Below the pieces are notes generated by a model. It had not been told where the DNA came from, did not search any database, and worked only from the letters and a program-made list of their open reading frames with translations. From positions 41,804-105,803 of the forward strand of contig NTJP01000004.1 in the NCBI GenBank assembly GCA_002457145.1: a stretch of 64,000 nucleotides of DNA. Reading direction: 5' to 3'. Both the position numbers and the translations under genes were made by a program. The DNA is from Marine Group II euryarchaeote MED-G38 (GTDB taxonomy: Archaea; Thermoplasmatota; Poseidoniia; Poseidoniales; Thalassarchaeaceae). Shown piece after piece: positions 1-8,711 of this stretch (position 1 is its first letter; each line of letters starts with the position of its first letter).

Positions 1-73
1 TAGTAAAGATGATTTTTGGGAAGATTGGGATAACCAATAATAATGATTGGGTTTTTAGAATACCTCCCACTAC

Positions 74-88
74 CCAACCACGGGTTGG
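74..88. promoter_or_regulatory. Inverted repeat CCAACC-ACG-GGTTGG just upstream of the HTH regulator gene; possible autoregulatory operator
   Basis: Perfect 6-bp arms with a 3-nt spacer, ending 8 nt before the ATG at 96. Function is inferred from position only. Confidence 0.2.
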
Positions 89-95
89 TAAGTAG

Positions 96-833
96 ATGGC
101 GGGGTTTGATGAGGTTTTATCTATATTAGAAAACACTACAAGGAGGCAAATATTGATGCTTCTTGTCAAAGAGCCTCACTATCCTTTACAAATTTCTGAA
201 TTGATTGGCGTTAGTCAGCAGGCTGTAGTAAAACATCTAAAGGTCTTAGAAAAGGCGGATTTTGTGAATTCAGAAATAGTTGCTTCAGAAAAAGGAGGTC
301 CTCCAAAAAAAATGTATAAGGTAGAACAATCATTTTCTTTAAGATTAGATTTAGGTCCTGATCTATTTCGTACTGAACACAGAAAAATACCAAGAGGAGG
401 GGCAATGAAACTTTCTAACAAACTTCCAGTGGAATTAGAAGGTGTGGTAAGGAAATTAGGTACTAGAAGAAAAATAGATCTGGGCGAAGCGATGGGTGTT
501 TTAGGTGAATTAGATCTGGCATTAGAAAAAATTGATACTCAACGTGATGCGGTTATTGCAATGCAACAACAAGTTAAGAAGAAAGTGTCCTCTAGTGTTT
601 CTGAACATTCTGATTCTTATGAGGAAAGAAGATTGGCCCATGCAATAATGAACCAACCAAGAAGGCCGTTGGATTTGGATTTATTTTCTCATGGCCTTAG
701 AATACAGTCAATGGATGCTGAAGAAATGATGGACAATCTACGTGAACGTTTACTGAGAGATTTTGCAGCGAGCAAAGGAAATTTTGTTGCTGCCAAAAAA
801 GGCACACCATTACCATGGTGGTTGGCAAAATAA
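96..833 (+). CDS. ArsR-family winged-HTH transcriptional regulator with a long C-terminal coiled-coil-like extension
   Basis: The N-terminus TRRQILMLLVKEPHYPLQISELIGVSQQAVVKHLKVLEKADFV...GGPPKKMYKV is a typical ArsR/SmtB-type wHTH. The C-terminal ~150 aa has no recognisable domain. Confidence 0.7.
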   Translation: MAGFDEVLSILENTTRRQILMLLVKEPHYPLQISELIGVSQQAVVKHLKVLEKADFVNSEIVASEKGGPPKKMYKVEQSFSLRLDLGPDLFRTEHRKIPRGGAMKLSNKLPVELEGVVRKLGTRRKIDLGEAMGVLGELDLALEKIDTQRDAVIAMQQQVKKKVSSSVSEHSDSYEERRLAHAIMNQPRRPLDLDLFSHGLRIQSMDAEEMMDNLRERLLRDFAASKGNFVAAKKGTPLPWWLAK

Positions 834-3800
834 TTAGAAGACTATGTCATCATCGTCATTCTTTGACATCAGACTTGTCTTTTCAGCAAATGCTTGTAAC
901 GCATCTAATCTTCTACCATACATCACATATCCAGCTACACCAATCAGTGAAAATGTTGCACCTAATATGATGGTTGGGACGGAATACCGTGCTACTACAT
1001 CAATTATTACATCCCCTGTTCCAAATGTTGAGCTTAATTCTCCTCCTGGTATTCTCATGATATTATTTGTTTCATCAGTCTCGACGATATCATTATCCGA
1101 ATCTACTACTACAACAATATCATGATTACCAGCCTCAACCATATACAGGAGAGTTATAGGATCAGGATTTTCTAATCCCCCATCTCCAATGGGCATTATT
1201 GCTTTGATAATTTGTCTGTATACTATGTTATTCTCATCACAGCCATTTTTCTTTATATTGTTTGGAGATTGGTCTTTACAAAGTATTACGTTAACATCTG
1301 TGGCGTGTGCGTTCCCTCGATTGACAATCTTTACACTAACAGAAAGCATTTCACCTATAGACCCTTTTTTAGCCCCTGTAGTAACTTCTAGAATTTCTAA
1401 GTCCGGTGCCCTTAAACGTAGTTCTAATATTTGTTCATTGGTATCGCAATTTGGACGATAATTGTCTGGTATGCCATCTTTATTCGTATCCAAAGTACAA
1501 GAGTCTTCCCATCCTGGTGTTTCATCATAATCTCCATTGTTTTGGGATGATCCGAACATTGATACCGTCTTAATTCCTATTTCTCTATTTTGTAACGCAG
1601 CATCAGGAGCTATAGAAACAATAGCAACAATTTGGAGTGTAGTATAAGCTTCCATCATAGGTAAAGTAATCGCCCCTGTTTGAGCAGAGAGGTAGCATCC
1701 TTCAGACGGTATTGGTTCTGATAGTGTTAGAAAATCTGGTGCTTGGCCCAAACACAAGTTCTCTACTGGGTACTCTGTATCAAATCCTTCTAGAAGGGCA
1801 AATTTAATATCCCAATTTGAAAGTGTGTTCATTCCTGGCATAACACCCCAGCCACCAGCTGCATCTATTGTATGATTGTGTATAGTTGGCTGATCTGGAA
1901 CATTACCAAAATTAGTTACATTCAAAGTAAATCTAACTATCCTACTTGGAGCAGTAGTCTTGATTTTACTTTCAACACTTGGATCTAAAGTTATTCTCAT
2001 ATCATGGAATTCAATGATGTTAATTTTTAATGAAATAACGTCTCTCAATTTACTACCTTCGTATTCCTCCTCACTGTATATGTTAAAATTAACAGTATAT
2101 TGACCCGCTAAAGTTTTTTCTGGAACATTGATAATTATTGGGTATTCTCCGATTTCGTCTCTATCTAATTCTCCAAATAATATCCGTGGAATCTCAATAT
2201 CCCATACGTGTGAATTGCCATCGGAATCTGTGATAGACTCTATTGTAACATCGAACCTATCTGGTCCATTTCCAAGATTTTCAATAGTAGTGTTCATTTG
2301 ATAAGGCTGGCCTGGATAAAGATCCAAGATAGTTTCTGGAACTGTTGCTTCAAGATCGTATCTTTGAATCACATTGGTCAAAATTACAACAGAATCTCTA
2401 ATTTTTGGTTGGCCATCTAAATGGGCCCTAACTGCTACGGAATCTCCCAATCCAGCAGTTGCATTGTACGGAGCACACATTACTGCAGTAACTGTGTATG
2501 GAGTATTGATTTGTGACCAATATCTCGGGGCGTCATCGGCTGGACCGTTTCCTCCCGGTGCATTTGAAAAATCTAAATCGACAGTCCAGTGATCAAATCT
2601 CCAAGTTTCTTCTGTCCAATTAGATGGTTTATCCGGAGGTGCCCCTGGAATATTGAATACCAAGTGCCCAGGAGTAAAATGCTTAGTAACATCAATATCA
2701 AACTCACTACATTCACCTGGAAGAACATATTGTGTGGTATCTCCTACAGAGAATACAATGTTTCCAGTAGTCCTTGTTGATACATTTATCCATAATTCCA
2801 GAACATCAAATGTTCCTCTATCTATTGATAAGACTGGTTCGCCCGTTGACCATCCTTTTAGATAGATTACAAAAGTTCCTGGCTCTTGAGAGGTGGGGAC
2901 ACTTACTTGTAAATTCTTAGTAACAGATTGTAAAGGATCTAATGATAAGGATGTAGGAAAATCAATGCCCCAGCCGAATGGTAATGCCCATTCATTTTGT
3001 CCTTCTAATGTAGAAGGATCGTAGAATGCAAACGTATCAAAAACATTGCCCGTATTCTTTACAGAAACAGAGAAAACTGCGGATCTACCTTGTTCAATAT
3101 CTACTTGATAATGGCTAGTATCTAATTCAATACCATGTACTACATCCATCAATGTTAAAGTTAATTTTTCATTAAATATTGCTACATCTTTGAAAGAAAC
3201 TGCAGTTATTTTCACTTGAGCTAATTCATCTTCCTTTGCTTGATAAATGGTTGGAGCTCGTAACTTCATGTAGATTGGAACTACTTCGCCCCCTTCCAAA
3301 TGTACTGGAGTGGATTCGAATATTGGTGTATTGTTTGTTGCATAAAATAAAGTTGCACTCCAATTTTGAGGAATGCCCGACATAGTTACTGTAAATGTAT
3401 CTTTAACTAATTCAGCAGGACCCGGAGTAGGATTTGCGATTGTCATATTATATGTGGTCAATTCGCCTGGGAATATTGTATGATAGAATGTCTCTGTTTC
3501 TTCTGGACAATCATAATAATGTCCTTCTAAATTAGGATTTGCGATCAACTTTTCATCGCATGCTAGAGAAATATCAACTAATCCCGTCAGGACATGTACA
3601 TAACACAACGTATATTTTCCAGCATTATTTTCTTCATTACATTTGTTTGTGTCGGACCACCCAAGATGAGCCCCACTGCCTAAGTCATTTGCAAATGCTG
3701 GTGTCTGCCCTAAGTCTGGAGTAGCAGGAGAATTTGGGCCTAATTTATCTGATTGCCAAGAAGTTACAGGTATAATTGTCCATGGATCAAATATTGAAGA

Positions 3801-6005
3801 TGCAATAGAGTTCAAAGGAAAACCATCTGGGTAGTCATCATTTGTATGATTTAGGCGTGTGTAAACTACTGTCTCACCTTGTGTATCGTTATAATTATCC
3901 AGCCATGCTAGATGAACATTATCGAAAGAATCCGTGATTATTGATGGTAAATGAGAATTCGCACCAAATGGGCGGTTTGGATCAATACCTTGTAACCCTT
4001 CTACATCAGATATCGCTGCATCTGCAATTTGTTTTATTCCAAATGTAGGTAACCCTTCAGCTGCCCCATCCCACTCAGCGGCACCTCTTAATTTCAATCT
4101 CGTATAATATATTTCATAATTAACATCAATATCGAAGCCATAGGCTCGTCCATCTTGCCATGCTAAATGTGTAAGGCCAGTAGAATCTAGTGCTATTGAT
4201 GGATGTAAGCTATACGCATCATTAAGTGTAATTCGAGTATCATTCACGACGACTAGATGACCATATCCAGAAATATCTTCTGATGGACCTAGGTCTTCAG
4301 TGTATGAATTGGTGTTAGAATCTACTTCTGTTCCTGAATCTCCCTTGACCCACCCTGGCCAGGGTCTATCCAACAAAGATAATGGATCTAAAACTGTCAT
4401 ATATATTTCTCTAGAGTTGTTTGTTGAAAGATATACCATTGCTTCGACCATTATTTCTAACTCTGCTGAACTGGATGAAGAAGTGGGAAAACCATACATC
4501 TGGCCACCTGCGTTTGTTAATCTAAGGTTGTTGCCATTACACGTTCTGGAATTAAGACCAGAGCCATTTGGGCATTGTGCTAGATCCATCATATATGACC
4601 CTACATCTGTATCTGATCCTGCCCATAGGGGTGTCGGTACTATATCAGCCGTAACACAGGCATCATGAGATTCGGAAATACTTACAGTATCGTCATTATC
4701 CATTGGAGTACCCCCATAAGGTCCTTCATCGGAAATAGGTATTACTATTTTAGTAGCGTTAGGATTCCACTTATGATCTAACTGAGTCGGAGGATTACCA
4801 GGGACATTTCCATTAGCATCATGCCATGAAAGACAGGCCCAGGTAGCCGCTGGTCCCCAAAATTCACTAAAATATCCTCCATCCTGAGGAAGATCTACTG
4901 CAGCGTTGTTGTATACAACTTCATCTAAGTATCTAATTCCTCCTGAAGTTTCACTATCTCCTAAAGGTGTGCTTCTAGGTCCTTGGCTACCAGATCCTCC
5001 GGTTTGATATGCCGTCGCACATGCACCACTTTGTGATGCTGCAGGCCAATTACCACTTAATGCATAAAGTGTTTCATATACACTCATATTGGCACTTTCC
5101 AATAGTGGTTTCAGGCCTGGAAAAGAACCTCCACTTGCAAAATTTCCTCCATAGAAAACAACACACATATCAGCCCACTCCGTATTCATAGAACCTGATG
5201 TATCAATTGGAACAACCATTTCTACCTTACCTCCTCTGGTATCATCCCATACAATTTGAACAAAGTCATCTACATCTATCGCTATATCTGGATGTCCTTT
5301 ATGACCTAATATAGGCGTTAATAATGTGCTATCAATGGCTATGATTGCCTCTCTAGTAACGTAATCTATTTCTAGCATTTTGTAATATATTTGTGGTTGT
5401 TGATAGAACTTTTCCAAGGGTTCAAACGCATCTTCCCAAACAATATGAGGATTGTTATTTGAATCTACATCTATTGCGGGATAGTCCCTATTTTGAGGAT
5501 TATTGGCAACTTCATAGTCATTTACTACAGAAATTACTGAATCTAAAGCTGAACCTCCATCTCTATCGTCTAAATATGGGTCTAATAATGTGTACATTAT
5601 TGAATATTGACCTGATTTATCTGTCCAAACAACATGTACTTTATCATCATCATCAACAGATAAATCTGGATGCCAGGCCCTATGGCTTCCTGGGTTAGAT
5701 ATCTGGGTAGCTGAAATTACTGTTTCACCCCTTGGATCTTGCATTTGATAATATAGATGTTGAGTATTTCGACTGAATACTAAGTGAATATTACCATTAG
5801 AATCTCCAGATATTGCCATCATTCTATCGCTATATTGAGTTCCGCTATTCACAATTTGAATTGGATCTGTTAAAACGACATCGCTTGCTTCGGCTGGAGG
5901 TATTTCAATGGCTGCAAACAAACTCAAAAGCATTATAGAAACTAAAGTAATACTGTTCCTTTTCTTGAAAGAATCTACTTTTCGAATTCCATAATTAGCT
6001 TCCAT
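834..6005 (-). CDS. Giant (1723 aa) secreted, C-terminally membrane-anchored surface protein: propeller-like repeats, vWA/MIDAS-like insert, CARDB-like beta-sandwich array
   Basis: N-terminal signal-like hydrophobic segment (ITLVSIMLLSLFAAIEIPPAEA). Repeated h-H-h-h-W-x-D strand motifs (KVHVVWTDK, NPHIVWEDA, FVQIVWDDT, LTHLAWQDG, NVHLAWLDN, GAHLGWSDT). DTSGS...ISDEG MIDAS-like pair. Four or more N-x-G-N modules (VKNTGNVFD, IENLGNGPD, VTNFGNVPD, IVNRGNAHA). C-terminal TM helix PTIILGATFSLIGVAGYVMYG followed by an acidic tail. Confidence 0.75.
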   Translation of the reverse strand: MEANYGIRKVDSFKKRNSITLVSIMLLSLFAAIEIPPAEASDVVLTDPIQIVNSGTQYSDRMMAISGDSNGNIHLVFSRNTQHLYYQMQDPRGETVISATQISNPGSHRAWHPDLSVDDDDKVHVVWTDKSGQYSIMYTLLDPYLDDRDGGSALDSVISVVNDYEVANNPQNRDYPAIDVDSNNNPHIVWEDAFEPLEKFYQQPQIYYKMLEIDYVTREAIIAIDSTLLTPILGHKGHPDIAIDVDDFVQIVWDDTRGGKVEMVVPIDTSGSMNTEWADMCVVFYGGNFASGGSFPGLKPLLESANMSVYETLYALSGNWPAASQSGACATAYQTGGSGSQGPRSTPLGDSETSGGIRYLDEVVYNNAAVDLPQDGGYFSEFWGPAATWACLSWHDANGNVPGNPPTQLDHKWNPNATKIVIPISDEGPYGGTPMDNDDTVSISESHDACVTADIVPTPLWAGSDTDVGSYMMDLAQCPNGSGLNSRTCNGNNLRLTNAGGQMYGFPTSSSSSAELEIMVEAMVYLSTNNSREIYMTVLDPLSLLDRPWPGWVKGDSGTEVDSNTNSYTEDLGPSEDISGYGHLVVVNDTRITLNDAYSLHPSIALDSTGLTHLAWQDGRAYGFDIDVNYEIYYTRLKLRGAAEWDGAAEGLPTFGIKQIADAAISDVEGLQGIDPNRPFGANSHLPSIITDSFDNVHLAWLDNYNDTQGETVVYTRLNHTNDDYPDGFPLNSIASSIFDPWTIIPVTSWQSDKLGPNSPATPDLGQTPAFANDLGSGAHLGWSDTNKCNEENNAGKYTLCYVHVLTGLVDISLACDEKLIANPNLEGHYYDCPEETETFYHTIFPGELTTYNMTIANPTPGPAELVKDTFTVTMSGIPQNWSATLFYATNNTPIFESTPVHLEGGEVVPIYMKLRAPTIYQAKEDELAQVKITAVSFKDVAIFNEKLTLTLMDVVHGIELDTSHYQVDIEQGRSAVFSVSVKNTGNVFDTFAFYDPSTLEGQNEWALPFGWGIDFPTSLSLDPLQSVTKNLQVSVPTSQEPGTFVIYLKGWSTGEPVLSIDRGTFDVLELWINVSTRTTGNIVFSVGDTTQYVLPGECSEFDIDVTKHFTPGHLVFNIPGAPPDKPSNWTEETWRFDHWTVDLDFSNAPGGNGPADDAPRYWSQINTPYTVTAVMCAPYNATAGLGDSVAVRAHLDGQPKIRDSVVILTNVIQRYDLEATVPETILDLYPGQPYQMNTTIENLGNGPDRFDVTIESITDSDGNSHVWDIEIPRILFGELDRDEIGEYPIIINVPEKTLAGQYTVNFNIYSEEEYEGSKLRDVISLKINIIEFHDMRITLDPSVESKIKTTAPSRIVRFTLNVTNFGNVPDQPTIHNHTIDAAGGWGVMPGMNTLSNWDIKFALLEGFDTEYPVENLCLGQAPDFLTLSEPIPSEGCYLSAQTGAITLPMMEAYTTLQIVAIVSIAPDAALQNREIGIKTVSMFGSSQNNGDYDETPGWEDSCTLDTNKDGIPDNYRPNCDTNEQILELRLRAPDLEILEVTTGAKKGSIGEMLSVSVKIVNRGNAHATDVNVILCKDQSPNNIKKNGCDENNIVYRQIIKAIMPIGDGGLENPDPITLLYMVEAGNHDIVVVVDSDNDIVETDETNNIMRIPGGELSSTFGTGDVIIDVVARYSVPTIILGATFSLIGVAGYVMYGRRLDALQAFAEKTSLMSKNDDDDIVF

Positions 6006-6090
6006 CAGTTCCGTGAGGATTTTCAGATACTTAACTGAACCGCTTTGCGGTCACAATTTAATAATTCTAATTATTATGTTTTTTTAAAAG

Positions 6091-6732
6091 TTAAATCCAC
6101 TTTGAAGGGTCAAATTCTTTACCAAAACCCCCCGATTCATCGGTATCTATCTGTGTTTTTTCTGATTCTGTTACTGCTGCTTTCTTTGCAGTTCTAGAGG
6201 TCCAATCATCTACTGGGCCTGGTTTACCAATTCCTTTACCGAAGTTATATTTTATTTGGTGTATTAATGATAGTTTTGTTAACCAAAGTTTACGCATTGA
6301 ATGCATAAATTCATTTTGAGTAAGACCATCAAACCACACTGGTCGAGATAAATTAAATGCTTGCAATGGGCCGGATTTATCCCCTTTATGTCCTATATGT
6401 AAAACCCAATCTAAATCACTAGTTGTTAGTTCTAAACGAGTATTATGAAGCCAATGCTCCCATTCTTCTGAATCGTTTTTTGATTGTTCAATCATTATTT
6501 TTTGTTGTCCTTCGTCTACTCTGGTAACTGTATATATTAAAATTAAATTTCTTCTTTTTGGGATTACTATATTGAAAACATGTCCTTGACGTGTAGGAGG
6601 GTATTTACAATGTAAATGAATTAGGGCCTGATGGTCTTTAATTTCTTTATATTCAAGGCTCTCACTTTTGAGCCAATTTTTAACAGCGTTGATTGCGTCT
6701 TGTGCGTTCACAATAAGACATGGATGGGGCAT
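6091..6732 (-). CDS. Hypothetical soluble protein (213 aa), function unknown
   Basis: Long uninterrupted ORF tightly packed between neighbouring genes, 1 nt after the upstream stop. No motif I can name with confidence. Confidence 0.55.
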   Translation of the reverse strand: MPHPCLIVNAQDAINAVKNWLKSESLEYKEIKDHQALIHLHCKYPPTRQGHVFNIVIPKRRNLILIYTVTRVDEGQQKIMIEQSKNDSEEWEHWLHNTRLELTTSDLDWVLHIGHKGDKSGPLQAFNLSRPVWFDGLTQNEFMHSMRKLWLTKLSLIHQIKYNFGKGIGKPGPVDDWTSRTAKKAAVTESEKTQIDTDESGGFGKEFDPSKWI

Positions 6733-6733
6733 C

Positions 6734-8242
6734 CTATTTTAGTACGTCTAAATTTGTATTAATTTCTTCAATTAATTTGATTAATTCTGAACCATCTTTT
6801 GATTGATTAAGAATTTTTCCATTCAGTGTGAATTTAAAATCAACCCACATATCATAGCCTTGTAAAAACAAAAGATTACAATAATGATAAATAAAAATCG
6901 AAAATATTAAGAAAAATGGAAAAGACAAAGCTGGTAGATTAAAAAATATATTATCTATTATAATGAAATAAATTAGAGAAACTAAAGGCCATATAGATAT
7001 TGGAGAAATCATGGCTGCTATCATATGATATGTGGTTCTAGCATCTATTCCTTCGTCTGTTTTATTGCCCAAATACCACGCGAGTAGGGCTTGAATTCCT
7101 GTAGAAGATACTGTTAATGGAGAACATAGTATCATAATAAATAATCCAAAAATACCTTTGATAAGGTTTGGTTTGTTACTTATTGTTAAATCATTATTTA
7201 TTATACGGCCATCTAGGTCGCAGGAGTGTAGAATTTTAGATGCCTTTATCGCTTTTTTTTGTAAAATGGGAGAGTTGTTTTGTCTAATTTTTTCTCTGAC
7301 ATTCCTTGTCGCAAGAACTTCTTTTTTGTATGTTGATAATTTTTTACCATTATTAATTGCAACAAGATGGGCAAGTAATTGCCATGATCTGTAAGTTTCC
7401 CAATCGGGAGCGTCCCTTGATATTGGTGCCAATTTTCTTGTTAACTCATCTCTTAATTTTAATACTAAATCTTCAGGAGGTTCGACCCAGATGCCTTTCA
7501 TCAATTTCTGTCTATCTTCTTTAATTGGGTTATGTGGGACTAATACTGGTTCTACCTGTTCAAGATATAAATCTGTTCTAAACCAATGATGAACTCTAAA
7601 ATGTAATCCTATAGGTTGAAAAACTGGAGGAGGTATATTACGTTCCTTTGCAATAGAAGCAGCGTTTATTGCAGACCTCATGGAGCCAGTCCTGAGATGA
7701 CGTAATTGAGAATCTTGGTGGCCTACTCCTTCTGGCATAATTATTGCACAATATCCTCCTGATAGAGAATGGGCAACGGTAAGCATACTTCTTTGGTTAA
7801 GGTGATGAGCAAATTCTGCTTCTGCGATTCCTTCTATTTGTTCTGCCTTTCTAATCACTGGTTGTGAACCAATACGTCTTGCTATCCAACTAATTACGGG
7901 AACAGATGTGGTCAAATCATGCCTACCTAATGTTACCATTCTTTGTTTTGGATTACTCATTGTGATGCAAATTGGATCGACCAAACCATTTACATGGGTA
8001 GCAACACATAGCCTTCCTCCATCTGTTTGGTGGGGTTTTTCAACTTCTTTTCTTCGAAATAAATATGACCATGGAACTAAGAGAATAGTTGTTATAAATT
8101 TCCAAAACCAAGCGGAACCAGGATGAGAACCATCATGTGCCCAAGGAACAGATTCTAATTTGTGCATATTAATTTTTTTTGCCCTTTTGGATAGTTCAGG
8201 AGCAATATCTTTTGGAAGTGTTGACTCATGCTCCATGGTCAT
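6734..8242 (-). CDS. Lysophospholipid/glycerol-phosphate acyltransferase family (LPLAT) protein with a C-terminal multi-pass membrane domain
   Basis: Acyltransferase block I ATHVNGLVDP, block III IIMPEGVGHQDSQLRHLRTG, then PIGLHF. These resemble the GPAT-like LPLAT subfamily (NHxNxxxDP / FPEGxSH). Hydrophobic C-terminal ~130 aa. Confidence 0.6.
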   Translation of the reverse strand: MTMEHESTLPKDIAPELSKRAKKINMHKLESVPWAHDGSHPGSAWFWKFITTILLVPWSYLFRRKEVEKPHQTDGGRLCVATHVNGLVDPICITMSNPKQRMVTLGRHDLTTSVPVISWIARRIGSQPVIRKAEQIEGIAEAEFAHHLNQRSMLTVAHSLSGGYCAIIMPEGVGHQDSQLRHLRTGSMRSAINAASIAKERNIPPPVFQPIGLHFRVHHWFRTDLYLEQVEPVLVPHNPIKEDRQKLMKGIWVEPPEDLVLKLRDELTRKLAPISRDAPDWETYRSWQLLAHLVAINNGKKLSTYKKEVLATRNVREKIRQNNSPILQKKAIKASKILHSCDLDGRIINNDLTISNKPNLIKGIFGLFIMILCSPLTVSSTGIQALLAWYLGNKTDEGIDARTTYHMIAAMISPISIWPLVSLIYFIIIDNIFFNLPALSFPFFLIFSIFIYHYCNLLFLQGYDMWVDFKFTLNGKILNQSKDGSELIKLIEEINTNLDVLK

Positions 8243-8264
8243 CTCAGCAGGTTTGTGGTTTAGA

Positions 8265-8705
8265 CTATAGCCCTTTTATAATGATTTGATTAATTTTTTC
8301 AGTCATTATTATCGCTTCTTCATGGTCTATAGGTGTAGATTTGAATGGGAATTGTAAACCACGACCATCTGGAAATTTTGGAATGATATGAAAATGAACA
8401 TGGAAAACAGATTGGAAAGCGTTTATTCCATTATTTTGTAATATATTAAATTCCTCTGCTCCCGTAATTTCCAATATTGCTTTAGACAGTTTTGGTAACA
8501 TTCTCCCAACAGCCGCTGCAGATTTACTAGATAATTTATCTAATGTTACAACTTTTTCTTTCGGAATTAACAGTGTATGTCCTGGGCTAAATGGATTAAT
8601 GTCCAATATTGCTATTATTAATTCATCTTCATATAATTTATATGAGGGGATTTTGCCATCTATTATCAAGGAAAATATAGTCTCTTCATCGGACAATTTA
8701 CCCAA
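8265..8705 (-). CDS. HIT (histidine triad) family nucleotide hydrolase/transferase
   Basis: Histidine triad HVHFHIIP and the N-terminal IFSLIIDGKIPSYKLYEDE...INPFSPGHTLLIPK pattern. Confidence 0.85.
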   Translation of the reverse strand: MGKLSDEETIFSLIIDGKIPSYKLYEDELIIAILDINPFSPGHTLLIPKEKVVTLDKLSSKSAAAVGRMLPKLSKAILEITGAEEFNILQNNGINAFQSVFHVHFHIIPKFPDGRGLQFPFKSTPIDHEEAIIMTEKINQIIIKGL

Positions 8706-8711
8706 TCCTTT

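Noticed and set aside
211-421. Two short minus-strand ORFs (64 and 68 aa) inside the HTH regulator gene
   Set aside because: They are antisense to a motif-supported gene and have no features of their own.
6039-6051. GC-rich hairpin ACCGC-TTT-GCGGT in the leader of the giant surface-protein gene
   Set aside because: It has only a 5-bp stem and a single occurrence. That is too weak to call a regulatory element, although it stands out in AT-rich sequence.
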